Below are positions 27,656-37,743 of a stretch of 64,000 nt of DNA, piece by piece. Below the pieces are notes generated by a model, which was given only the letters and a program-made list of their open reading frames with translations, made no database searches and had not been told where the DNA came from. The DNA comes from an uncultured candidate division Zixibacteria bacterium (lineage in GTDB: Bacteria > Zixibacteria > MSB-5A5 > GN15 > FEB-12), in assembly GCA_963664195.1 (NCBI GenBank), contig OY760907.1:3008001-3072000 (forward strand), given 5' to 3'. Made by a program: the position numbers and the translations under genes. Each line of letters begins with the position of its first letter. Positions within the stretch are counted from its first letter, which is position 1.

Positions 27656-27697
27656 CGAAAACGGCCGGTTGACCCGGCCGTTTCGTTTGTGTATCAT
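27656..27697 (+). promoter_or_regulatory. Terminator-like hairpin overlapping a sigma70 promoter for aroC
   Basis: AAACGGCCGG-ttgac-CCGGCCGTTT; TTGACC-N17-TATCAT. Confidence 0.6.
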
Positions 27698-27703
27698 CTT
27701 CTC

Positions 27704-28903
27704 ATGCTTAACTACCTGACCGCCGGGGAATCCCACGGCCCGCAACTGACCGCAGTAGTCGACGGGTTGCCGTCCGGACTGTCTATTGACATTGATCGGT
27801 TGAACCTGCAACTGGCACGTCGTCAGCGGGGATACGGGCGTGGCGGGCGTATGAAGATTGAGCGGGATGAGGCCGCGTTTGTGTCGGGGCTTCGAGGTGG
27901 GGTAACTGTCGGAAGTCCGGTGACGATCGTCATTCCCAACCGTGACTGGCCCAACTGGCAGGAGATCATGGATCCTCTGAGGCCGGTGTCTGACAATCTC
28001 GACCTGAAGCAGGAACGCCTGGCGCATGAGACCACGAAGCCGCGTCCGGGTCATGCTGACCTGGCCGGGGGAGTGAAATGGAATCATCATGATCTGCGCA
28101 ACGTGCTCGAACGCGCTTCGGCGCGTGAAACTGCAGCGCGGGTTGCAGTCGGAGCGCTGACTCGGCAACTGCTGGAGTATTTCGGAGTACAGTTCCTTTC
28201 GCATGTAGTTCAAATCGGTTCCGAGACGCTTCGTGTCGCGCCGGACTACAGTGATCTGGTGGAGTTGGATCGTCTGGCCGACGCCTCTGAGGTGCGCTGT
28301 ATCGATCCAGAGACATCCGAGAAGATGATTGCAGGTATCAAAGGAGCCCGCAAGAAGCGCGACTCCCTTGGTGGCGTGGTCGAGATTGTTGTGCGTGGTC
28401 TTCCCGTCGGTTTGGGAAGTTGCTCACAGTGGAGCGGGAAGCTCGACGGCCGGTTGGCGGGCGCGATGATATCTATCCAATCCGTCAAAGGCATAGAGAT
28501 CGGCAGGGCATTTGAATCTGCCGGGATGCGTGGCTCAGAAGTCCACGACCAGATTTACTACGACCCCGATGGTGACCCTGTTCGCAAACGGTTTTACCGA
28601 CGGACCAACAATGCGGGTGGAATCGAGGGTGGCATGACCAACGGGGAAGACGTCGTGTTGAGAGTTGCCGCCAAGCCGATTTCAACTCTGAATCAGCCGC
28701 TTGACACAGTCGACGTACAGTCAAAAGAGGCCGCGAAGGCTATGGTGGAGCGGACCGACAACTGTGTAGTTCCGGCTCTTGGCGTAATTGGAGAATCTGT
28801 GGCTGCGCTTGTTCTTGCCGACGCGTTCCTTTCCAAGTTCGGCTGCGACAACATGACCGAGATTGAGCGAAACTACCAATCCTGGCTGGCTGCCGAATAC
28901 TGA
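27704..28903 (+). CDS. aroC: Chorismate synthase
   Basis: TAGESHG, RPGHAD, ERASARETA, NNAGGIEGG, KPISTL. Confidence 0.96.
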   Translation: MLNYLTAGESHGPQLTAVVDGLPSGLSIDIDRLNLQLARRQRGYGRGGRMKIERDEAAFVSGLRGGVTVGSPVTIVIPNRDWPNWQEIMDPLRPVSDNLDLKQERLAHETTKPRPGHADLAGGVKWNHHDLRNVLERASARETAARVAVGALTRQLLEYFGVQFLSHVVQIGSETLRVAPDYSDLVELDRLADASEVRCIDPETSEKMIAGIKGARKKRDSLGGVVEIVVRGLPVGLGSCSQWSGKLDGRLAGAMISIQSVKGIEIGRAFESAGMRGSEVHDQIYYDPDGDPVRKRFYRRTNNAGGIEGGMTNGEDVVLRVAAKPISTLNQPLDTVDVQSKEAAKAMVERTDNCVVPALGVIGESVAALVLADAFLSKFGCDNMTEIERNYQSWLAAEY

Positions 28904-29003
28904 TCACTTCGTTGATTTCAGACATCGCTATTGATCTCCTTAACAAATTAGTTGCTCCCCGCGTATTCATGTCTTAGACTTTGCCGAATCATAAGGAGAC
29001 AAC

Positions 29004-30494
29004 ATGCAGTACAAATTCTCTTCAGACGACATTAAGAAACTCAATGTGGAAACTGTAGTGTGTTTTACTACCCAGTCTGACAAGATTGGCAAACACCTCA
29101 AAGAGATCGATAGCGCTACCGGGCGCGGCGTGACGGCGTTGCTGACATCCGGCGAATTCTGCGGCAAGGCTGGCGAGGTAGCATCGTTTACCAATCCGAC
29201 CGGCTACAAGGCGACCCGTCTCCTGCTGGCCGGACTTGGCGACGAGAAGGACCTGACTCCCGATTCTTTCCGCAAAGCGATGGGGACGCTTTCACGCAAC
29301 AACGGACTGTGTCTTGCGAAGAGCGCGGCAGTGCATTGTTGTGGGGCAACGCATGTCCTGTCGTATGCGGCACTCATCGAGGGATACATCCTCGGCTCGT
29401 TCAAGCATCTCGACTACAAGACCGGTGAGGCTAAGACAGACAAGTCTCGTTTGGCCGCGATGACTTTTGTAGTCGACCAACCCTCGGATATGGCTGTCCT
29501 CAAGAAGGGCATTCATCGCGGTCGCATTATCGCGGAAGGACAAATCATCACTCGCCTGCTGGCTGCGACGCCGGCCGCTGATCTCACTCCGCGCTTGTAT
29601 GCGCGCAAAGTGCAGCAGTTGGGTCGCAAGCACGGCTTCAAGGTGAAGGTGCTCGACAAGAAGGCTATAGTCAAAGAGAAGATGGGCTGTTTTCTCAGTG
29701 TCGCTGCCGGTTCCGAAGAACCGCCGACATTCATCATCATGGAATACAAGGGTGGCAGAGCCGGTGACAAGCCGGTGGTGCTCGTTGGCAAGGGTGTAAC
29801 GTTTGATTCCGGTGGCATTTCCTTGAAGCCCGGACTGAACATGCACGAGATGAAGCAGGATATGGCCGGCTCCGCTGCTGTAGTTGGCGCTATGTGCAAC
29901 GCTGCCCGTTTGAAGCTCAAACTGAATGTGGTAGCGCTGATTCCGGCGACAGAGAATATGCCGTCGGGCCATGCAACGCGTCCGGGTGACATTATCAAGT
30001 CACGCAAGGGCAAGACCGTTGAGATTATCAACACGGATGCTGAAGGCCGTTTGATCCTGGCCGATGCTCTCGATTACGCCAACAAGTTCAAGCCGCAGGC
30101 AGTGATTGATATTGCCACGCTGACCGGCGCGTCGCTCTATATTCTCGGATACGCGGGTGCGCCGATAATGGGTAACGACGAGGAGCTTCTGAATCGTATT
30201 AACGATGCTGCCGATGCGACCGCGGAACGGGTCTGGCCGCTGCCGATCTGGGACGATATGCGTGAGCAGATGAAATCCCCGATTGCCGATTTGGTCAACT
30301 CGGGTGGCCGTCCGGCCGGAACGATTGCCGCCGGCGCGTTCCTGGAATACTTCATCGGCGACTGGCCTTGGGCGCATATCGACATTGCCTACTGTGATGC
30401 CGAACCCAAGGGGCGTCCGTACATTCCAAAGGGCGCGACCGGTTTTGGTGCCAGACTTCTTACGGAAGTCCTGGCCAATTGGAAAAAGCTCTAG
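29004..30494 (+). CDS. pepA: Leucyl aminopeptidase (M17)
   Basis: VGKGVTFDSGG, MKQDMAG, NTDAEGRL, WAHIDIA. Confidence 0.95.
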   Translation: MQYKFSSDDIKKLNVETVVCFTTQSDKIGKHLKEIDSATGRGVTALLTSGEFCGKAGEVASFTNPTGYKATRLLLAGLGDEKDLTPDSFRKAMGTLSRNNGLCLAKSAAVHCCGATHVLSYAALIEGYILGSFKHLDYKTGEAKTDKSRLAAMTFVVDQPSDMAVLKKGIHRGRIIAEGQIITRLLAATPAADLTPRLYARKVQQLGRKHGFKVKVLDKKAIVKEKMGCFLSVAAGSEEPPTFIIMEYKGGRAGDKPVVLVGKGVTFDSGGISLKPGLNMHEMKQDMAGSAAVVGAMCNAARLKLKLNVVALIPATENMPSGHATRPGDIIKSRKGKTVEIINTDAEGRLILADALDYANKFKPQAVIDIATLTGASLYILGYAGAPIMGNDEELLNRINDAADATAERVWPLPIWDDMREQMKSPIADLVNSGGRPAGTIAAGAFLEYFIGDWPWAHIDIAYCDAEPKGRPYIPKGATGFGARLLTEVLANWKKL

Positions 30495-30516
30495 TTTCGA
30501 AGACAGGTTATGAGAA

Positions 30517-30548
30517 AAAGAAAAGCCCGCCAATGGCGGGCTTTTCTT
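30517..30548. terminator. Bidirectional terminator
   Basis: AAGAAAAGCCCGCC-aat-GGCGGGCTTTTCTT between convergent genes. Confidence 0.88.
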
Positions 30549-30569
30549 ATGTCTTGATGTCGCGGCCGG

Positions 30570-31622
30570 TTATTTGACTGCAGCCTTTGACCATGCCGGG
30601 GAACCATCGAGTCCGGGGCCGGTCAGTCGCACGGCGCCGTTGCCGGTGATATCGCAGATCCAAACTGAACCGTCGGTGGTGCCAAAAGTCAGCCATTTGG
30701 AATCAGGCGAGAACGACGGGGCGGTGCTATAGATTGACGCGCCCGGGGGAGGTGCAAACACCAGATACTCCTCGGAGAAGTCGGCCGGGGCAATGAACAA
30801 TCCTTGATTGGACATGCTGTTGCCGACGTAGGCTATCCACTTGCCGTCCGGAGACCAGGCCGGTCCGACCATATCGGGTTTCCTGCCGGACATGGCGCGC
30901 ACGGAGTCCAGCGGAATCTGGAACGCAGACTTGTTGGCCCTGGCCAAACCGCGGGATTTGAAGCCGGAACCCTGCATTCCTGCCTGCTTGACTGTGATGA
31001 AGTGCACAAATACGATTTCGCCGTTGGCATTCATGGTCGGATTCTTGAAATACTCCGGCATGTTTTGCCAATCCTTGCGAAGAACAGACACGTGGGCACC
31101 GGCCGAATCCATCGTGCAAACCTGGTAGTTCGGCATTTCCGGATCACATAGATTGGCATTCATGTCACGGTAGTAGACGATTGACTTACCGTCGACGCTC
31201 CATTCGGGATCGCGACTGCCAAGATTGTTTGTCAGACGTCTCCAGAAGAACGTGTTGCCGGTTTTGCCGGAGTCCACGTAGGCGACGAAGATGTCGTAAA
31301 CCTTGTGCATGCCACCCATGTTGTCCGGGGCGCTAAGAGTTGCTTTGCCGGAGCGGGTGAAGGCGATTCGTTGGCCGTCCGGGGCCCAGCTCAAGCGGCC
31401 CTCGGCGTTGCCGACTTCGCAGACTTTCGTCTGCTTGGCGCCGGTAGCTTCCATGGTCCAGACGTTCTTTTCGCGCAGGAAGGCGATTTGTCCCTCGGGG
31501 GCGCCAATAGTACCAGCCTTGGAGGCCGGCATTTTTTCCGCGCAAAGAGCAAACGATACGAAAACAAGTGTGCAAGCCAGAGCAAGGCACACCACTTTAG
31601 TGAGAAGCGGCAGTCGATTCAC
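30570..31622 (-). CDS. Exported TolB-like / PD40 beta-propeller protein
   Basis: Signal peptide; repeated WAPDG, WSVDG, WSPDG, FSPDS motifs. Confidence 0.8.
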   Translation of the reverse strand: MNRLPLLTKVVCLALACTLVFVSFALCAEKMPASKAGTIGAPEGQIAFLREKNVWTMEATGAKQTKVCEVGNAEGRLSWAPDGQRIAFTRSGKATLSAPDNMGGMHKVYDIFVAYVDSGKTGNTFFWRRLTNNLGSRDPEWSVDGKSIVYYRDMNANLCDPEMPNYQVCTMDSAGAHVSVLRKDWQNMPEYFKNPTMNANGEIVFVHFITVKQAGMQGSGFKSRGLARANKSAFQIPLDSVRAMSGRKPDMVGPAWSPDGKWIAYVGNSMSNQGLFIAPADFSEEYLVFAPPPGASIYSTAPSFSPDSKWLTFGTTDGSVWICDITGNGAVRLTGPGLDGSPAWSKAAVK

Positions 31623-31708
31623 GTTACTATGGTCTCCTGTGCAGTTTCTGGGTTCGTAGCCAAAATACGAAGCAGACAGAGCCTGTCAACCTCTTTAGTT
31701 CGCTACGA

Positions 31709-32551
31709 CTACCAGGAGAAGAATCTCTTGATCTCGATCTTGCCCTTCACGCCGGAAAACGCAAGGTCAACACGACCATCGGGAGTACCGTCGTAGCTGG
31801 CGACAATCTCCTCGTCCTGGGAGTTATACCAAGCAACGTTGTTAAAGTTCAGGTACAAGTAGCCCATCTCGGCACCGATAGCGAGATCCCAGAACTTCAG
31901 CGGATAGTCCGCTCCAAGGTTGAAACTGAATCCGGGGGCGCTTCCCTTGTAGGTGGTGTTTTCCTCGTCCGCGGCTGAAGTGGAGAGATTCAGATTCTGA
32001 TACTGATCCCACAGATCCCAGTTGGCGAAATAGTAGCCCAAAGTACCGCCAGCGCGGACAGCGATGCGTGACAAACGGTTTTTCGTGTCCGGAGGGTTCA
32101 CCAGGTAATACTGCACGCCAGTGGTAATGCCGTAGACTTTAATCTCGGACTTGGGGTTTTCGATCTCAGTAGATGTCGGCAGATACACCGGGTTTCCGGC
32201 AATGTCGTCACCCATTTTCATCCAGTACTCGCCGCCGACATGCCAGGCGATACGGCGATTGAAGACCATGCCGAACTCGACACCGAGTGAAGTACCCATA
32301 TCCAGCCAGTTCAGGCCGGCTCCTTCGAGATTCTGGGACTCACGGGTTGCGAAAGTATTGTAGTCGTTGTTACGGTTGATCCGGTCCATGCCGAAGGTCG
32401 CAGAAGCCCAACCGATTTTCTGCGTGTACTTTTCTTTGCCCATCTGCAGGTAGCGATTGACAATGTCCTGTTCAGTGTCCTGGGCCAGAACATTACCAAA
32501 CATCATGCAAACCAGAACGGCAACGGTGGTAAGTGCAATTATGCGACGCAT
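31709..32551 (-). CDS. Outer-membrane beta-barrel protein
   Basis: Signal peptide, alternating amphipathic strands, terminal aromatic residues (FFSW). Confidence 0.65.
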   Translation of the reverse strand: MRRIIALTTVAVLVCMMFGNVLAQDTEQDIVNRYLQMGKEKYTQKIGWASATFGMDRINRNNDYNTFATRESQNLEGAGLNWLDMGTSLGVEFGMVFNRRIAWHVGGEYWMKMGDDIAGNPVYLPTSTEIENPKSEIKVYGITTGVQYYLVNPPDTKNRLSRIAVRAGGTLGYYFANWDLWDQYQNLNLSTSAADEENTTYKGSAPGFSFNLGADYPLKFWDLAIGAEMGYLYLNFNNVAWYNSQDEEIVASYDGTPDGRVDLAFSGVKGKIEIKRFFSW

Positions 32552-32589
32552 TTTTCCTCCAATCAGATCATCTTAGGTAATTACCCAGT

Positions 32590-32617
32590 TTATCGGAAAC
32601 TTGCCGGACTTTCTTGA
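32590..32617 (-). promoter_or_regulatory. Sigma28-like promoter
   Basis: Minus strand TCAAG-N15-TCCGATAA. Confidence 0.45.
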
Positions 32618-32648
32618 CATTTCGGGGCATACAGAGGATTGAAAGGAG

Positions 32649-32677
32649 AAAAAAAGCGGGTGCATTGCTGCACCCGC
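32649..32677 (-). terminator. Terminator of nifJ
   Basis: GCGGGTGCA...TGCACCCGC with a T tract on the minus strand. Confidence 0.8.
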
Positions 32678-32706
32678 CCGAATATGATCAGAATAGACTC
32701 AGGCTG

Positions 32707-35700
32707 CTATTCAGCGTTTTCAGGATCGTCGGAGTAATCCATGGCGGCCAGCTGCTTGTAGAGCTTCCAGCGACGGTCGCAATCCTGCTGACCCAGTGCC
32801 AACAGCATGTCGGCGCGGTCTTTGTGACTTCCCAGAAGTGAGCGGAAACGGTTTTCAGCGTAGGCGAAGTCCTTGAAGCTGATCGACGGCGCTTTGCTGT
32901 CGAGCTGCAGCGGGTTCTTGCCCTGCTCGGCCAGTTCCGGATTGTAACGGTACAGTGGCCAGTGACCGGACTTGACAGCCATTTCCTCGTTCGTAAGGCC
33001 CTTCGACATGTTGATGCCGTGAGCAATACAGTGCGAATAGGCCAGAACCAGAGACGGACCGTTGTAACGTTCGGCTTCAACCATCGCCTTGACCGTCTGT
33101 GCATTGCTGGCACCGACCGCCACCTGGGCGACGTACACGTTGCCGTAAGCCATCATCATACGACCGAGATCCTTCTTCGGCATACCCTTACCGGCCGCGG
33201 CAAACTGGGCGGTTGAGGCGCGCGGAGTAGCTTTGGACATCTGGCCGCCGGTGTTGGAGTACACCTCGGTGTCGAGAACGAGGACGTTGACATTCTGGCC
33301 GGAGGCGAGGACATGGTCCAGACCGCCAAAGCCGATGTCATAGGCCCAACCATCACCACCGATGACCCAGACTGACTTATTCACAAGGTAGTCAGCAATG
33401 GTCTTGAGCGCCGCGACCTTTTCCGAACCGTTCATGCTTTCGAGCTTGGTCTTGAGGGCGACAACGCGTTCGCGCTGTTCTTCAATGCCAGCCTGAGTGC
33501 TCTGATCGGCATTGGCGATAGCGTCGTACTGATCGGATACGAGTTCTTTGACCAACTCAAGGGCGTACTCTTTGAGCTTGTCAGCGGTCAGTCTCATACC
33601 GAAGCCAAATTCGGCGTTGTCCTCGAACAAAGAGTTTGACCAGGCCGGACCGCGGCCGTCAGCACGCTGACAGTACGGGGTGGTCGGCAGGTTACCGCCG
33701 TAAATCGAGCTGCACCCGGTGGCGTTGGCGCAGAGGGCGCGATCACCAAAGAGCTGCGTCATCAGCTTGATGTACGGGGTCTCACCGCAACCGGCACAGG
33801 CGCCTGAGAACTCAAAGAGCGGCTTGACAAACTGCGAACCCTTAACCGTCTCGTTGTTGAACTTTGACGGATCGGTTTCCGGCAGTTTGTCGAGGAAGAA
33901 GTCCCAGTTGGCGACTTCCTGCTCGCGGAGCGGCATCTGCGGTTCCATGTTGATCGCCCTGCGGTCGGTCTTGTTGCCCTCGGCATCTTTGACGATGGCC
34001 GGGCAGGCACTAACGCAGACCTCGCATCCGGTGCAATCTTCGGGAGCAACCTGCAGGACGTATTTCATGCCCTTGAACTGCTTCGAGTTTGCATCGACCG
34101 ACTTGAAGCCCTTCGGGGCATTCTTAAGCGCGGCTTCCTCGACAACCTTGGGGCGGATTGCCGCGTGCGGGCAGACGAGAGAGCAGATGTTGCACTGAAT
34201 ACAAGTTTCTGTATCCCAAACCGGGATATCAACAGCGATGTTGCGTTTCTCGAACTGCGTGGTGCCCGTTATGTAGGTGCCGTCATCCGGGAATGCGGAG
34301 ACCGGGAGGTCTTCGCCGCGACCGGCAATGATCTCAGCGGTGACGTGCTTCACGAACTCAGGAGCGGTGTCCGGTACGATCGGCGGACGAGAGAAGTCAC
34401 TGGTCACTTTGCCCGGATAGTCGACCTTCTCGATTTCAGCCTGGGCACCGTCAACTGCCGAGTAGTTCATGTTGACGACCTTTTCGCCCTTGGAGCCGTA
34501 GGTCTTCTTGATTGCGTTCTTGATTGCCTTGACCGCCTGATCTTCCGGCAGAATACCGGAAATGAGGAAGAATGCGGTTTGCATGATCATGTTGATGCGA
34601 GCGCCGAGACCAAGCTTTTTGCCGAGCGCAATAGCGTCGATGCAGTAGAACTTGGCCTTCTTATCAATCAGAGACTTCTGCACTTCTTTCGGAAGCTGCG
34701 CCCATACTTCGTCCTTATTGTAGGGCGAGTTGAGTAAGAAGGTGCCGCCCTCGACCAGCTTTTCGATCATCTCGTACTTTTCTACGAACGAGAAGTTGTG
34801 GCAGGCGATGAAGTCAGCCTTGGTAATCAGGTACGGTTTGCGAATCAGATCTTTGCCGAAGCGGACGTGAGACACGGTCACCGCGCCGGCCTTCTTCGAG
34901 TCATACACAAAGTAGCCCTGGGCGTAGTTGTCAGTATTCTCGCCGATGATCTTGATCGAGTTTTTGTTTGCACCGACCGTACCGTCAGAACCGAGACCGT
35001 AAAAGAGGCCGCGGAAGTTGTCGCCAACGAGGGCGAAAGACTTGTCCAGCTTCAGGGAGGTGTTGGTGACGTCGTCGTTGATACCAACCGTGAAGTGATT
35101 CTTCGGGGCGCTTTTCTTAAGGTTTTCGAACACAGCCTTGGCCATTGGCGGGTTGAACTCAGCCGAGCCTAGACCGTAACGACCGCCGACGATCAGCGGG
35201 TGGGCGTCGAATTTGGCCAGTTTGTTGTCCAGAGCCTCGTTGATGGCGGACTGGACGTCAACGTACAGCGGCTCGCCGACAGCGCCGGCTTCCTTGGTAC
35301 GATCGAGCACGGCGATGCGCTTGACCGTGGCCGGAAGGGCCTTGGCGAAGGCCTCGACGGAGAACGGACGGTACAGACGGACCTTGATGATACCGACTTT
35401 TTCGCCTTTTTCAACGAGGTGGTCGACGACTTCGTGGACAACTTCGGAACCTGTGCCCATAATGACCACGACATGCTCGGCTTCAGGATGTCCGAAGTAG
35501 TCAAAGAGGTTATAAGTGCGACCGACCTGTTTGGCGAACGCGTCCATAGCTTTCTGCACGATAGCAGGAGCAGCGAGATAATACTTGTTGGCGGTTTCGC
35601 GACCCTGGAAGAAAACATCCGGATTTTGCGAAGTGCCCTTGATCGTCGGGCGATCAGGGGAGAGGGCGCGGGCGCGATGGGCCGCAACGAGCTCGTCCGG

Positions 35701-36309
35701 CAACAGGGCACGCATATCGTCGAACGTAATCTGCTCTACTTTGGAGACTTCGTGCGACGTACGGAAGCCGTCGAAGAAATGTACAAACGGCACGCGGCTA
35801 TTGAGTGCGGCCGCCTGCGCGACGAGGGCGAGGTCCATAACTTCCTGGACCGACCCTGAGCCAAGCAGACCAAAACCGGTCGAGCGAGTGGCCATGATAT
35901 CAGAGTGATCGCCGAAGATCGACAGCGCGTGGGATGCCACGGAGCGGGCGGTGACATGGAAAACCGTTGGTGTCATTTCACCGGCGATTTTGAACATGTT
36001 CGGGATCATCAGCAAGAGTCCCTGCGAGGCCGTGAAGGTAGTGGTCAGGGCACCGCTGGTAATAGCACCATGAACGGCACCGGATGCGCCACCCTCGGAT
36101 TGCATCTCGACCACGCGGGGAATTGTCCCCCAGATATTCTTTTCGCCCGCGGCTGACTTGGCGTCGGCCATTTCGCCCATGTTTGACGACGGGGTAATCG
36201 GGTAGATGGCAGCGATCTCGTTAGTGGCATGAGCCACATACGCGGCAGCCGTGTTGCCGTCGATCGTCACCATCTTGCGGTTTATGTCTTTGCTAGCTTT
36301 GTCTGACAT
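32707..36309 (-). CDS. nifJ: Pyruvate:ferredoxin (flavodoxin) oxidoreductase
   Basis: YPITPSS, EMQSEGGA, two ferredoxin motifs, GACAGCGE, GGDGWAYDIG. Confidence 0.97.
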   Translation of the reverse strand: MSDKASKDINRKMVTIDGNTAAAYVAHATNEIAAIYPITPSSNMGEMADAKSAAGEKNIWGTIPRVVEMQSEGGASGAVHGAITSGALTTTFTASQGLLLMIPNMFKIAGEMTPTVFHVTARSVASHALSIFGDHSDIMATRSTGFGLLGSGSVQEVMDLALVAQAAALNSRVPFVHFFDGFRTSHEVSKVEQITFDDMRALLPDELVAAHRARALSPDRPTIKGTSQNPDVFFQGRETANKYYLAAPAIVQKAMDAFAKQVGRTYNLFDYFGHPEAEHVVVIMGTGSEVVHEVVDHLVEKGEKVGIIKVRLYRPFSVEAFAKALPATVKRIAVLDRTKEAGAVGEPLYVDVQSAINEALDNKLAKFDAHPLIVGGRYGLGSAEFNPPMAKAVFENLKKSAPKNHFTVGINDDVTNTSLKLDKSFALVGDNFRGLFYGLGSDGTVGANKNSIKIIGENTDNYAQGYFVYDSKKAGAVTVSHVRFGKDLIRKPYLITKADFIACHNFSFVEKYEMIEKLVEGGTFLLNSPYNKDEVWAQLPKEVQKSLIDKKAKFYCIDAIALGKKLGLGARINMIMQTAFFLISGILPEDQAVKAIKNAIKKTYGSKGEKVVNMNYSAVDGAQAEIEKVDYPGKVTSDFSRPPIVPDTAPEFVKHVTAEIIAGRGEDLPVSAFPDDGTYITGTTQFEKRNIAVDIPVWDTETCIQCNICSLVCPHAAIRPKVVEEAALKNAPKGFKSVDANSKQFKGMKYVLQVAPEDCTGCEVCVSACPAIVKDAEGNKTDRRAINMEPQMPLREQEVANWDFFLDKLPETDPSKFNNETVKGSQFVKPLFEFSGACAGCGETPYIKLMTQLFGDRALCANATGCSSIYGGNLPTTPYCQRADGRGPAWSNSLFEDNAEFGFGMRLTADKLKEYALELVKELVSDQYDAIANADQSTQAGIEEQRERVVALKTKLESMNGSEKVAALKTIADYLVNKSVWVIGGDGWAYDIGFGGLDHVLASGQNVNVLVLDTEVYSNTGGQMSKATPRASTAQFAAAGKGMPKKDLGRMMMAYGNVYVAQVAVGASNAQTVKAMVEAERYNGPSLVLAYSHCIAHGINMSKGLTNEEMAVKSGHWPLYRYNPELAEQGKNPLQLDSKAPSISFKDFAYAENRFRSLLGSHKDRADMLLALGQQDCDRRWKLYKQLAAMDYSDDPENAE

Positions 36310-36362
36310 TTCCTTTTTATCTCCTAATCAAATTGACCGTCAAGCCGTGTAAGCTGCCGCTA

Positions 36363-36929
36363 CTATCGGCAGTCCTTGTCGTCCTTCGACAGCGTTATTT
36401 CTTTTTGTGCCTGGTACTTTCCTTTTTTGTCCCGATACGAAACGTCGCACACCTCTGAAGCCTCCAGGAAGAGGAGTTGCGCGATACCTTCGCCCGCATA
36501 GATACGCGCCGGCCGGGGAGCGGTGTTGGCCAGCGACAGAGTCGCGAAACCTTCCCATTCCGGTTCGAACGGCGTGACGTTCACAATAATGCCGTTTCGG
36601 GCATATGTCGACTTGCCGAAACAAATCGTGACCACATCTCTCGGTATCTTGAAGTATTCCCTGGTGCGGGCGAGCACAAAGGAGTTGGCCGGAATCAGAA
36701 TAGACTCAGCCGTGACATCCTTGAAATTATGGTCTCCATTGTTCTTGGGGTCCAGTTCCTCGGTTGAATCCGGGTCAAAGACCTTGAATTCATCAGCGAG
36801 GGAGATGTCATAGCCGTAAGACGAGACACCGAAACTGATCCCCTTGCGAACCTGACTTTGCGAGAAAGGCTCAATCATCTGACGATCCTGAGCCATCTCA
36901 ATTATCCAGCGATCTGACTTGACGCCCAT
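36363..36929 (-). CDS. dcd: dCTP deaminase
   Basis: [49 protein letters not shown] before ATG 36929. Confidence 0.93.
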   Translation of the reverse strand: MGVKSDRWIIEMAQDRQMIEPFSQSQVRKGISFGVSSYGYDISLADEFKVFDPDSTEELDPKNNGDHNFKDVTAESILIPANSFVLARTREYFKIPRDVVTICFGKSTYARNGIIVNVTPFEPEWEGFATLSLANTAPRPARIYAGEGIAQLLFLEASEVCDVSYRDKKGKYQAQKEITLSKDDKDCR

Positions 36930-37025
36930 GCTACCGGCATTCCTCCAAGAAAGTCTACAAGCCGCTAAGATACGCAAAGTCGCTTATGTTGTAAACCCGG
37001 ATAACGTCAGTTATGGGCTAAAAGA

Positions 37026-37457
37026 TTAATCCATTACCGCCTTGGCCTGCTGCCACTTGAGCAAATCTGCAAGTGTGTGTTCCTCAAAGACTTCTACCAA
37101 TCTGCGTTCGGCTATCAAAACCAGCTCTCTCAATGCACAGAAGCCGTTATCTCCTATGTGACAGGGGCCCATCTCGTCCATGTCTTTCATCAATCGATAC
37201 GGTCCCTGGATGGTCTCCAGAACCCTTCTGACCTTGATCTCAGCGGGATCCTGGGCGAGCGTGAAGCCACCCCGGACGCCACGATGCGAGCGCACTATGC
37301 CTGCTTTGGATAGTGACTGAAATATCTTGGCAAGGAATTTCTCCGGAATCGACTGAGCCTCGGAAATCTCCGACAGCGGGGTTACCACTGTTCTGTCTTT
37401 TTGGGCCAAGTATAGTACCCCGTGCATTCCGTATTCTTCGGCTTTGGTGAACTGCAT
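37026..37457 (-). CDS. Rrf2 family transcriptional regulator
   Basis: FLAKIFQSL.KAGIV.S.RG..GGF.LA, TLADL. Confidence 0.92.
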   Translation of the reverse strand: MQFTKAEEYGMHGVLYLAQKDRTVVTPLSEISEAQSIPEKFLAKIFQSLSKAGIVRSHRGVRGGFTLAQDPAEIKVRRVLETIQGPYRLMKDMDEMGPCHIGDNGFCALRELVLIAERRLVEVFEEHTLADLLKWQQAKAVMD

Positions 37458-37537
37458 GTCTGCTAACCCTTATTCTTAGTTTGTTCAGTCACACTGTACG
37501 TTCCGTACATATCCCCGATGGAATGTGCCTTCAGACC

Positions 37538-37555
37538 TTGTGAAACAATTAACAT
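37538..37555. promoter_or_regulatory. Rex-like operator over the start site of the Rrf2-dcd-nifJ promoter
   Basis: TTGTGAA-ACAA-TTAACAT; minus-strand promoter TTGCGG-N16-TATATT at 37586-37559. Confidence 0.65.
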
Positions 37556-37743
37556 AAGAATATACAAGCGCATACTCTTTCCGCAACAACAAAGGGGAGG
37601 ATTAGCAAAAAAAAACCGGACTTTTATGGTGGTAATACAGAAATAATACACATCTTGCTGTCTGGGTCTCTCTGAATCCTTTTTTTTGCTTCCATCGGCG
37701 AACTCAACCGGTTAGAATCAGCGTACACACAGGAGGCGACCCA

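Noticed and set aside
37607..37615. Poly-A tract as a phase-variation site
   Set aside because: Intergenic, outside the promoter spacer; more simply an AT-rich UP-like region
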